The position numbers and the translations under genes were made by a program. The notes beneath the pieces are model-generated. The model ran no database searches, was not told where the DNA came from, and was given only the letters and a program-made list of their open reading frames with translations. A stretch of DNA of 63,990 nt, counting the filler, from Stramenopiles sp. TOSAG23-3 (Eukaryota), in NCBI GenBank assembly GCA_900128585.1. It is 9 parts of 9 records of this genome, joined end to end, with 100 filler letters (N's around TTAATTAATTAA, not from the genome) between each part and the next. Parts side by side here need not be neighbours in the genome. Positions count along the whole stretch, not along the records: positions 35,921 to 42,988 come from LT643211.1; positions 43,089 to 50,133 come from LT643212.1; 7 more parts are not named here. One strand, written 5' to 3'. How positions within the stretch are numbered: position 1 is the first letter of the stretch; each line of letters begins with the position of its first letter. This document shows positions 36,000 through 46,400 of this stretch, in pieces.

Positions 36000-36247
36000 C
36001 ATCTCATATATCATCACTGTAAAGAAGATTCATTTTCTCCTTAATTGAAAACAAATAATTCTCGTAGATATTAAATTAAATTTGTCAGGAATATGGAAGG
36101 AGGTAGGGATGGCTTCAATTTAAAAAAAAAGAAGATTTTGTTTCTTTATCATTATTACTCTCCTCTAGTAATTAATTGATTGTATTCGGTTATTATTTAA
36201 ATAATCATTATTAATTAATTTGTCCTTAAATATAATACATATGAATA

Positions 36248-36504
36248 GAAACAATGAATACATTTCACAGTACACGTGCTGTTGTTATATTAATTGTACA
36301 TAATCAAATCGAAACAATAAATACAGGACACAGTGAATGTGCTGTTGTTATATTAATAAGTGTACATAATCAAATCGAAACAATAAATACAGGACACAGT
36401 GAATGTGCTGTTGTTATATTAAGTGTACATAATCAAATCGAAACAATAAATACAGGACACAGTGGATGTGCTGTTGTTATATTAAGTGTAAATAATCAAA
36501 TCGA
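36248..36504 (+). repeat. 63-bp minisatellite, 4 copies (first degenerate, one 66 bp)
   Basis: Unit gaaacaataaatacaggacacagtgaatgtgctgttgttatattaagtgtacataatcaaatc. Confidence 0.95.
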
Positions 36505-36519
36505 TCAATCTTCTTGCTT

Positions 36520-36521
36520 TC

Positions 36522-36580
<59 letters not shown>

Positions 36581-36582
36581 TC
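36520..36582 (+). repeat. (CTTT)n microsatellite
   Basis: Direct inspection. Confidence 0.95.
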
Positions 36583-37184
36583 GTTCATGGCCATCAATAT
36601 TTTTATCCTATTCTTCTCTTATAAATTTACTAAAAAATCTATAAAATAATTAACGAACACGATGAGCCTTTGCCTTCCTTCCTTCCTTCCTTCCTTCCCA
36701 TCAACAAGAAAGAAACCTTTTTCCAAAAAAAAAAAAGGAAGAAGAAATGTCACCTTCCCTTCCTTGTTAATTAAGGTATATAATATATTATATGTATATA
36801 TACTATTATAAATATTAATAAATATCAAAGAATACTTGATTTGATTGTTTATTATATTTCCTTAATTACAGAGGAGAATGGCTATTACGACGACGGCGGC
36901 GGCATCGGTGGTGTAAAATAAAAAAAAATTGGTTGTGAAATTATTGAATCATTTGATCATAAAGTGTACAATGTAACTCTGAACGATTGATAATTTCTTT
37001 CGAATGGAAGGATGAGTTAGATTTGACGACGATTCTAGTATTTGCTCCGTCCCGTCCCGTTCCGTCTGTAGTGTTTTGGCTAGAAAGTTTTGTTTCTATC
37101 TTTCTATTCGGTAACATTTTCATTCCTGCCCGTGTTGTCTTCCCTGCAGATACGACCGTCCGTCCGTTTGTTTGTTTTTGCACG

Positions 37185-40100
37185 ATGTTTGCGCACGATT
37201 TCGGGGTAGAGTTCCCGGTGAAGGACAATAAAACCGTTCAACTCTACGACGATGACTTCAAGGACGAGAAGGATGCTATCATGAGGCTGCTGCGGGATGA
37301 AAGCCCTGCGTGGGATGAACCGGGGAAGGTGTTCGCAAACTTGGCCCAGGCGTTCTTTCAAGTCGGCGACACGGACACCGGCTTGCAGGTGATAAAAATG
37401 GGGACGGGGCTTGCCGCCGCGAAGAAGGACACGAAGGGGGAAGGCTTCCTTTTGCTGGCGCACGGATCGCACTTTGCGAGGCTCTTTCAGGAAAACAGAA
37501 GGTTCTCCAGCCGTGGGGGCGACGAAAACTACGAAAAGGCCAAGGGACTGATCGAGCGTGCGAACCGGCTGTTGCTCCCGGAGGTAACGAAGGGGGAGGC
37601 GGACGCCCTGCCCTTGTTCAATGCGCGAGGCTTTTTGAACCTCTTGAACGACGACGCTAAAAATGCCAAAGTTTCTTTCAACGCGACGCTGGATCTTGAT
37701 TCGGAGGATTTAGCAGCGACCATGGGGCTTGCTATCTTGTACTTTCGGGAGGGCAACTACAAGGCCGCGTTGAAGAACTTCAGCAAAGTGTTGGAAAAGT
37801 GCCCGGACAGCGACAACTCCGTCCGGGTGGCCCTGGGGCACTGCAACTACCACCTGGGCCGGAAAGACCAGGCAAAGGCGTGGTACAAGCGTGCCCACGA
37901 GGTAGATGGCACAAACTCGGATGCGCTGGCGTGCATGGCCGTGTTGGACATGGCAGATAGCGCCGCCCCCAGTGCGGAAGAAGTGCGGGGGCAGGTCGAG
38001 AAGCTGTTTGCAGCACACAAGTACGACCCGACCAACGCGCTGGCCATGAACTCCCTCGCGGAGCACTTCTTCAACAAGCAGCAGTACAACAAAGTCATCG
38101 AACTGTGCACTCGCGCGGTCGGCAAGACCCGGGTCAAGGAGAACAAGGCACGGTCCTACTTGCTCATTGCCCGGACCTACCACATTCAGGGCAACCTAGA
38201 GCAGGCGAGCAAGTTCTACGAGAGCGCGAGAGAGACATACAACCGGGAGGAGAGCAAGATGCCGGCTGCCCTGTTCATGGGCCTGGGCCAGATGGCGCTC
38301 CACAAGAAGGAGCTGAACGCGGCCGTCCATTACTTTGAAAGCGGGCTGAAAAAGAACCCGGAAAGCAAAGACCTGCTCCTTATGCTCGGAAGCATATACG
38401 CGAACAACGAGAAACTAAAGAAGCGCGTCGAGGCCACGCGGTACCTGCAGAGGGCGACGGAGCTGGACAACGTCGACTACGAAGCCCGCATAGAGCTTGC
38501 CAACTTGAACCGAAAAATTCACACCGACTCCAACCTGAAGGTTGCCCTGAAGCTGTACAAGCGGAGCATCAAGGCCATGGTAACGGCGCATGGCAAGAAA
38601 CCGGCCGTGGAGCTAGTGAACAACGTGGGCGTCCTGCATCAGCACCTTGGGGACTTGAAGAGCGCCAAGACCGAGTTCATTAAGGCGCTGCAGATCCAGC
38701 GCGAGGCCGACGCGACGGCTCGGGGCACGGACGCCTCGCTCAAGGAGGGCGAAGAGCCGACGCTGGACACGGTGCTTGCGGGCGATTACCTGTTCAACAA
38801 AGAAAACGTCACGCTCACGTACAACACCGCCATACTATTAGAACAAACAGGGGACAGCAACGAGGCCGAGCGTTTGCACCAAGGGATTTTGAAGAAGTTC
38901 CCAGGGTACGGCGACTGCTACCTCCGCCTGGCCTGCCTGGCCCGCGATAGACGCATGTTTTCCGAGGCGGAACGGTATTTGGAGCTCGCGCGGAAGACCC
39001 CGCGCAGCAAAGACGATGCGACGTGCATGCTGGGGGACATGAGGCTCGGTCGCGGGGACCTGGAGGGGGCGAAGAAGCTTTTTTCTGAACTCCCGTCGCA
39101 TGATGCCTATGGCAGAATCTCGTTGGGGAACATTGAGTTTCAGCTTGCGATGAAAGCGGGCACGGAAGAGAAGAAGCAGCACCACCTGGCGCACGCAATG
39201 AAGACGTACAAGCGTGTCTTGCTGAAGGACAAAACGAACGTTTTCGCGGCCAACGGTTTGGGGACTGTCCTTGCCGAGCGTGGCCACCTGCGGTACGCGC
39301 GCGACATTTTCGCAAAGGTCCAAGATGCGGCCGCAGGCACCTCCCACGCCACCCTCAACTTGGCCCACGTCCAATCCCGTTTGGGGAAGAAACTAGATGC
39401 ATGCAGCCTGTACGAGTCGGTCCTTGCTACGCAGGGGTTCGGGGAGGGCGGTCAAAACTTTCTCTTCCTGGCCAGCGCGTACCGAGACGCTGGGAAAGGC
39501 GAAAAGAGTTTGAAGATTCTGCAGCGGGCCGTCCACGCCTTTCCGCTGCGTCGCGAGCTGTGGTTCGAGCTTTCGGAAGTGCTGCACAAGACGGCGCTGA
39601 ACGAGTTCCAGAACCTGCCGCTGGGCGTCGAAGAGAAGATAGCGTCGTTGAAGCGAGTGAGCTCGCGAATGAAAAACAGTGCGAGGGTATGCCTAAACCT
39701 GCTGGACTACGCCGACAAGAACAAGGTCGACCTGGGAGAGGAGGATGACGCTGCGGCGGACAAAGAGATTGCAGACTTTTTGAAGGAATGTAGCGACACA
39801 GAAGCAAAAGCGAAAGAGATGCTGGAGGGGGCGTTGGTAGAGAAGCAGGGGCGAGACGCCGAGCTTCATGTGCTCAAGCTTGCAGGAGAAACCGCGCGAA
39901 AGGAGAGGGAAGAAAGGGAGCGCTTGGAGCGTCTGGAGAGGGAAAGCGAGGAGAAGCGCATGTACGAAGACCATGCAAAGATGCAGCGGGAGGGGCAGGA
40001 CCAGCACTTGAAACAGCTGGAGGAAGCGAAGTCGAAAAGGCGTGTGAGCGTCAGCGGGGGCGGCCAGAAGCGCAAGAAGCCAAGTGGTGCGGGGAAGAGG

Positions 40101-40466
40101 AAGCGCCAGAAGAAGAACGAGGGGGATTCCAGCGCCAGCAGTTCGTCGTCCGACAGTAGCAGCAGCAGCGATAGCGACAGCGACAGCGACGACGAGAATA
40201 AGCCCAAGAAGTCGAGGGTCAAGATAGACGATTCCGACTCCGACGGGGGACTAAACGAATTGTTCGGCTCCGATTCCGACGACGACGATGCCGGCGAGAA
40301 GCCGGCGACGGAGAATCCAGACACGAAGCCGCCTCCTGCCAATGGCGAGGCGAACGTTGTGGAGTACAACCCAAGCGCGCCAACCCCCGTTTTCGAGGGC
40401 AGCGCCAAGGCAAAGGGTGGGAACAAACGGGTGCTGATTGACGACGACGACGACGACGACGATTGA
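37185..40466 (+). CDS. CTR9: Paf1 complex subunit CTR9 (TPR protein)
   Basis: TPR array; NVTLTYNTA, YGDCYLRLA, HDAYGRISLGN, NVFAANGLGTVLAERG..ARDIFAKV, LNLAHV; basic/acidic tail. Confidence 0.92.
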   Translation: MFAHDFGVEFPVKDNKTVQLYDDDFKDEKDAIMRLLRDESPAWDEPGKVFANLAQAFFQVGDTDTGLQVIKMGTGLAAAKKDTKGEGFLLLAHGSHFARLFQENRRFSSRGGDENYEKAKGLIERANRLLLPEVTKGEADALPLFNARGFLNLLNDDAKNAKVSFNATLDLDSEDLAATMGLAILYFREGNYKAALKNFSKVLEKCPDSDNSVRVALGHCNYHLGRKDQAKAWYKRAHEVDGTNSDALACMAVLDMADSAAPSAEEVRGQVEKLFAAHKYDPTNALAMNSLAEHFFNKQQYNKVIELCTRAVGKTRVKENKARSYLLIARTYHIQGNLEQASKFYESARETYNREESKMPAALFMGLGQMALHKKELNAAVHYFESGLKKNPESKDLLLMLGSIYANNEKLKKRVEATRYLQRATELDNVDYEARIELANLNRKIHTDSNLKVALKLYKRSIKAMVTAHGKKPAVELVNNVGVLHQHLGDLKSAKTEFIKALQIQREADATARGTDASLKEGEEPTLDTVLAGDYLFNKENVTLTYNTAILLEQTGDSNEAERLHQGILKKFPGYGDCYLRLACLARDRRMFSEAERYLELARKTPRSKDDATCMLGDMRLGRGDLEGAKKLFSELPSHDAYGRISLGNIEFQLAMKAGTEEKKQHHLAHAMKTYKRVLLKDKTNVFAANGLGTVLAERGHLRYARDIFAKVQDAAAGTSHATLNLAHVQSRLGKKLDACSLYESVLATQGFGEGGQNFLFLASAYRDAGKGEKSLKILQRAVHAFPLRRELWFELSEVLHKTALNEFQNLPLGVEEKIASLKRVSSRMKNSARVCLNLLDYADKNKVDLGEEDDAAADKEIADFLKECSDTEAKAKEMLEGALVEKQGRDAELHVLKLAGETARKEREERERLERLERESEEKRMYEDHAKMQREGQDQHLKQLEEAKSKRRVSVSGGGQKRKKPSGAGKRKRQKKNEGDSSASSSSSDSSSSSDSDSDSDDENKPKKSRVKIDDSDSDGGLNELFGSDSDDDDAGEKPATENPDTKPPPANGEANVVEYNPSAPTPVFEGSAKAKGGNKRVLIDDDDDDDD

Positions 40467-41676
40467 TCGTATTTGAGATTGTGTGTAAAAGCAAAGAAAC
40501 GATCAACAACTAAGAACTTATCACAATTTTGCTAAAAATGTACAAGCCAATTTACGAGTAAAATAAAATGAATTGGAAATTTCAGTGTACATATATATAT
40601 GATGATGGTCAATACTATGTACCTGTAACTGATATGATATTTTAATAGTAAACTTGTCTAAATAACAGCCCTATATTAATAATAATATATCGTACATAAA
40701 TACCCGAGAACACATCTATTCAGCATTGGAATCAAGAAGAAGAAGAGAAAACCCAATTGAAAAAAGATACCACACCTTTCGAACTCGATTTATAAATAAA
40801 AAAATTTGCCTCTGTGATTGTGTCTTTCAAAATCAATTTTACTATAAAATATTTTACACTTTTATCTTTTTTTTGTTGTTGTTGTTTGTTGTTTTTTATA
40901 GCTTATCATTTTAATTTAAACTGGATATAGAATAACTAACTGGTATAAAATTATATAAATAGAATAAGACCGACTAATATGGAATATGTACATAGATGAC
41001 TTCGTAGTAATTTTAAACAGAAAAAAGTGTTTTTAAAAAAATGCCTCTTTTTCACCTTGTCTGTCTGTCTCTTTTCTCTCTGATCTCTGATTGGTTTATT
41101 ATCTTATACATTGTGGATAGTTATCCTCTTAGTAATAAAATACTCATATATTCGTATCTCTATCTATCTTCAGTTTATTTATATAGACTAGTATATCGTC
41201 TACGTACCGGTATGAGTGAACGAAAAACTATTTTGTTTCTTCTTACTTCTATACTTGAAACGTAAAAATAAGGATGTGGGGCTTTCATTTGGTAGTTGAT
41301 GTAACATATAAATATCAACTTGTTGAATTCTAACGAAATGGTATAAAATCCTTTAAGTTATGTTATTCTATATAATTAATTAATACGTAGTCTATGAATA
41401 CATAACTAATAATTCATCATATTCGTATCTTTCATTTTTTGTGTTGTTGTTTGTTTGTTTGTTTGGTTGTTTGTTTGTTTGTTTGTTTGTTTGTTGATTA
41501 GATTTTTTGAAAAAAAAAGAAGAAGTGACAGTTGTGTATTATTTACCTGTTATTATATTGTTGTTTATTAAATTTTATTACGAGAAGATGTGTACTTCTG
41601 ACAGAGTAGTATTATATAATAAAAAGAGAAGAAGAATATATAATAACATATACTTCCATTGTATGTTTAAATTCAA

Positions 41677-41779
41677 CTGAAGAAGAAAGTAAGAACCAAA
41701 GACAAGAACGGAACGATGAAGTGGTTAAGGGAAGATTTTGTTGTATGCTGTGTATAAGATTTTGTTGTATGCTGTGTAT
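41677..41779 (-). repeat. Right arm of the 79-bp inverted repeat plus a tandem duplication of its last 24 bp
   Basis: 41677-41755 is the reverse complement of 35921-35999; aagattttgttgtatgctgtgtat repeats at 41756-41779. Confidence 0.95.
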
Positions 41780-41871
41780 ATTTTTTTAGTGATTGAGAAA
41801 ACATTGTAAGAAAGAAAAGAAATCTTTTGTAATTCGAAACGAACTATTTTCAAACCCTGAAACATATACCA

Positions 41872-42675
41872 ATGAAGAACTCTGTTAAGCTTGCACTGGC
41901 GGCCCTTGTCGCCGCCCTTTCCTGCATCCACGTCGTGGAATCGGGCTGCCCGGTCAACAAAGAGCACTGCAAAAATCTTTGCAAACAGTACAAGCACGAA
42001 GTCCCCCGACCCACCGTGTTCAACTGGTGCCTTATTGGTTGCCATGCTGCCGCCAAAGGACAGCGCAACTGCAAGAGGCAATGCAAGTACTCCGATCTGC
42101 CACGCCCCACAACCACGCGCGCGTGCGAGAAGGGGTGCAAGCAGTTCAATTACGAACAGAAAGTTTGTGGCAATGACAAGCACCACGACCCTGAACGCCA
42201 TGCGGAGAACCAAAAGGTAGAAGCAGCAGCGGAGACCGAAAGGGTAGAAACGGAAGCAAATGCACAGAAGGACGAAGAGCATGAGAAACACAATGCGAAA
42301 TTGGACGAAGCTGCCAGACAGGAGCGGAGCAGAGGAGGTGCATCTGCGCAAGCAGAAGAAGAAGCCAGCAAGCAGCAAGAAGCGCAAAAAGCCACAGAGG
42401 AGGAAGCGACCAAGGCCGCCGAAGCTGAGCAAGCCAAGCAGGAGGAAGCGACCAAGGCTGCCGAAGCTGAGCAAGCCAAGCAGGAGGAAGCGACCAAGGC
42501 TGCTGAAGCTGAGCAAGCCAAGCAGGAGGAGGCGAACAAACACGCAGAAGCCGAACAGCATGCCGAGAACGAAAAGCAAGCCGCTGAACAGGCAGCCGCC
42601 GAAGCCGCCGCCGCCGAAGCCGCCGCCGCCGAAGCAGCAGCTGCAGAGGCAGCAGCCCAAGCCGGTGCACAGTAA
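41872..42675 (+). CDS. Secreted protein: twin Cys/PRP modules plus Ala/Glu-rich helical repeat stalk
   Basis: Signal peptide; C...C......PRP.....C..GC twice; 42-nt repeat EEATKAAEAEQAKQ three times; EAAAA repeats. Confidence 0.8.
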   Translation: MKNSVKLALAALVAALSCIHVVESGCPVNKEHCKNLCKQYKHEVPRPTVFNWCLIGCHAAAKGQRNCKRQCKYSDLPRPTTTRACEKGCKQFNYEQKVCGNDKHHDPERHAENQKVEAAAETERVETEANAQKDEEHEKHNAKLDEAARQERSRGGASAQAEEEASKQQEAQKATEEEATKAAEAEQAKQEEATKAAEAEQAKQEEATKAAEAEQAKQEEANKHAEAEQHAENEKQAAEQAAAEAAAAEAAAAEAAAAEAAAQAGAQ

Positions 42676-42988
42676 GGGGTGGGCAAAGGCTAGCCGATCC
42701 CTTGACATTTACGCCTGTGTGCGTTTTGAATGAAAGGAAAAATATTATATTGAGAAAAAATAAAAAATGGATATTATCATATGTTTGTTTTTATCATATG
42801 TTTTATCAAATAGCATAGCATAATAAAAAACAAAAAATTGGCTGTTATTGTGAAGCATATCATAAGTAGACTTGGATCTTCAGAAAATACATTTACGCAG
42901 GTTTATGTAACTTGAAAAAAACTCATCATTATGATCATCATAATACGTTTTGGGATAGAGCCAGGGCTCAACAAAACAATAATACCCA

Positions 42989-43088
42989 NNNNNNNNNNNN
43001 NNNNNNNNNNNNNNNNNNNNNNNNNNNNNNNNTTAATTAATTAANNNNNNNNNNNNNNNNNNNNNNNNNNNNNNNNNNNNNNNNNNNN
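42989..43088. other. Artificial contig linker
   Basis: N44-TTAATTAATTAA-N44. Confidence 0.99.
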
Positions 43089-43303
43089 CCTTTTTCACTG
43101 TCTCTTCAAAACAGGTTGAGCACATATCAGATAGCGCCTTATGGTCTTCGGGAAAGTTGTCGTATCCCCGTTCAGATGCTTGCTCGGTAGCGCATTGCAC
43201 TTTAAAATATCGTTCCTTGCAAAAAGGACACAGCTTCAACCTTGGTCCGACCTCGCCATCCTTATTGCAACAAGTACAGCGATTGCAAGTCTTCGCTTTT
43301 TTC
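43089..43303 (-). CDS. Possible Cys-rich zinc-finger exon fragment, truncated
   Basis: Open frame CNRCTCC..CPFC..CSTC running into the linker; no ATG. Confidence 0.3.
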
Positions 43304-43487
43304 GGCTATGTAAATCAATCTCTAACTTTCAAAAAAAAAATAATATCCAATTGAAAACGCTTCGCCAGTTTTACATCCACGCCTCTCTTTCCCATAAAAT
43401 TCATCGCGCACATGTATTAAGTACTTTTTCTTTTTAAAACAACCTTTCCTTTCCCGAAAATCCCAAAATGCGAAAATCTCAAAATCT

Positions 43488-46400
43488 CTATTTATTTGCG
43501 TTTGAACCAGTATATGAAAACTTCTTGTTGTATGTTTGCAGCAACGCTTCTATATTGGCCCCATGAGCTTTACCAACTGCATCCAAAATTTGTTTTGCGA
43601 TCGAGCCAACTAAGTCTGATGACGCCGAGTTGTCCAGTGGCAGCACCCGACCCCCGGTTTTATCGGCAATCTTCCCGAAGCACTCCTTGGCACGGTCATC
43701 CATGTATAGAGCCAGTACAGGGGTTTTGAGTTTAACCAATTCTAATTCCCAGTTTGTGTTGTAATCAGTGAACCACTTACATTTGGACCAATCGTGTGCA
43801 TGTTCATACTTTTGTTTTTTTGAGACAGCTTCATCCGGTGTGTTTCCAGGTGCATCTCCAATCAAAACAATCTTGTCCACAATGATACCGGAGGATGTGA
43901 GTTCATTCGCGTGAAGCAGACCCAGTTCTATTGCTTCATTGCCCATACCACCCGCTACTTTCATACCTGAAATGTATTTCTTCAAATAGTCGCTATGAGA
44001 AGACCAAGCTGAATGCTCAAACAATTTGTCAGGGCCGCCGTTGTAATTACCGTAGGCTGCAAGTTGTATCTCAAATGAAGACGTCGGAAGTTGATGCTCC
44101 GCAAAAATATCATTCGTTCGATCTATCATTTGCACTACGGTGCCAACCATGTCACTCATCAACTTTGACATGGAATAAGTTCGGTCCATCAGAATAAGAA
44201 TACGTTGTTTTCTTTTCCTCGTTGTAACGACACCTTTGTTCACACGAACAAGATACTCCTTTATACCCCTTTGCTCATTCTGAATTAAGTAATCGCGGTA
44301 CTGCATTGATGCTGCATGACTGGCACTATTACTTGCCGCGATCGATGCCTTCGCTTTATATTGTTCATCGTATAATTTATCCCGGGCCTCTGAAATTGTT
44401 TCATCAAGTTTGCTTTCACTTTTCGCCCTGGTCCATGCGTCCTCATCCAAACCATAGGTTTCCATTTCCTCGGCTTTGTAGATTGCCTTGAACGAACCCT
44501 TATTTCCTTGCCGAGCGGTCCTTCCAATTATTTGGGTCATTTCGCTACCAGTTTCTGGAACGAACGTCAGTATAACATGCACCCCACCAAGCATGTTGAC
44601 TGTTTCATCGTGGCACATAAAATCTGTGCCTCTCGCCATTTCGCGTGGGGCAAATGTAATTGCTTTTGCAAACGTGGCCTTTTGAATTGAAGATTTTCGC
44701 TCACTGAAATTGTCCTTCGTCGTCATCTTCTGAATTTCAAAATTTTTGAAGGTTGAGTTTTGGAACGCGTCAGTCACGTCTTTTTCGGTTTCAAAAAATA
44801 CAATGACAGCACGCCCATGCGTGCTAGAATTGATAATACCTTGTATTTCTGTATGAAGGCGATCATAGAAATTATCTTGGGGTACTATTTCTGTAGCAAG
44901 AAAGGTAAAGTCATTCTTGTTGTTTTTGAATATTGTTGGAATGAACGTCTGTTGCTTAACAGAGAATTCCCTTTCAATCATATTCTTTTGGTACTCGCTT
45001 AAATTCCTCAACGTGCCTGAAATCCCTAGTATCAGACCAAATTCTTTGGGTGTCTCAGCATAAGAAAACGTTCCGCATTTAAGAAGTAAAGAACACTCTT
45101 CGTTCACGCGAGGCTTAGTTATTCTACCTTGGCAATGGTGCTCAAAAAAATATGACCACATAGTTTTATAACCGCAAACCATTTCATTGCTTGAAATCCA
45201 GGTATCATGATGCTTATATCGCAATTTGTTTTCCTTCACATCGTACTCAGGCTCCTGGAAGCCAACTCTTTCTGACATCATAAGATCCGTACAAATGTCT
45301 TGGATTACCTCGCGAATTAAATCATCCCACCCATTGTATTTTTTTAGTAGAACTTGATACTCATCGTACTTTTCTATTGTATCGACCCCAATAAATTGTT
45401 CTGTCTCCTTCAGAATGTTCCAGTTTTCCCATATTTTTACTATCAGCGATTGGATATCGTTCCCATTAATTTTGCATACAGCAGCATACGTTTCACCGTA
45501 AAAATCGGAATTGAAAAACACGTCCACCTCGTCAATCAAAAGGGCTTTCGGCTTTTTTTCGCGTTTCTCGGATTTCAAATGTCTCGTTCCTCCAATGGTG
45601 GATTTAGTTAATTCTCGAATATCACATAACTCGTTGATTACTTTGTCTGCAGTTTCGGGAAACGTGCCATATTGGACCGCATTTTCAATTCCCAGGCTTT
45701 CGAACATGAAACGGAAGGCTTCATAATCACGCTCGCTCAAATACTTGCTGTAACACGCGCAGTAAACGTCAAGCCCAAGAAGTGCCAGAATCGTTGCCGT
45801 GACACCCAGCGTGACCGATTTGCCTTCGCCAGTCCTCAACTCTACAAGAGTATTTTGCATTTCGCCGTTCCTGGCTTCGGCTCCGAACTCAACAACACCT
45901 AACATTTGGAATACGCTTACAATTTGTGCCGGGTGGGGTTTCAAAATGTAATCGTCTCCATAATCTTCACTTTTATGTAGGCTCCACAACGCAAATAGCT
46001 TTCCACATAGAGCCGGCAACTGTTCTCTCGTGTTCAGGTTCATTATTGGCTTCCCCAATTTGTTGTGACTCAGATGCAGACCGTTGGCGTTATTCTTAAT
46101 TTCTTGGACGAGCAGGGCTTCTCTTTGTACGGCATTGCCCGCACTACGATTGCTTTCAAGGCCGGTTTGAAATGCCTTGAAGCACTCCCTGAACTTTTCT
46201 GTAGTACTATACTTGAAAGCCTGTAGCATGCTTTTTAAATTTCTGTTCTTTTTGACCCCCCCTGTAAGAGATCTCCACATCGAGTACAAAATACCATCTT
46301 CCCCTTCCTTTCTTACCAATGTTTCTATTTCGATGTCATTCAGTACGTCCTCAATCGACTTATTTGCACGATTGGACCACCATTCAGCCTGGGCGGCCTT

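Noticed and set aside
36248-36504. CRISPR-like array (also 3948-4040)
   Set aside because: Units are contiguous with no unique spacers, no cas genes are present, and the context is eukaryotic.
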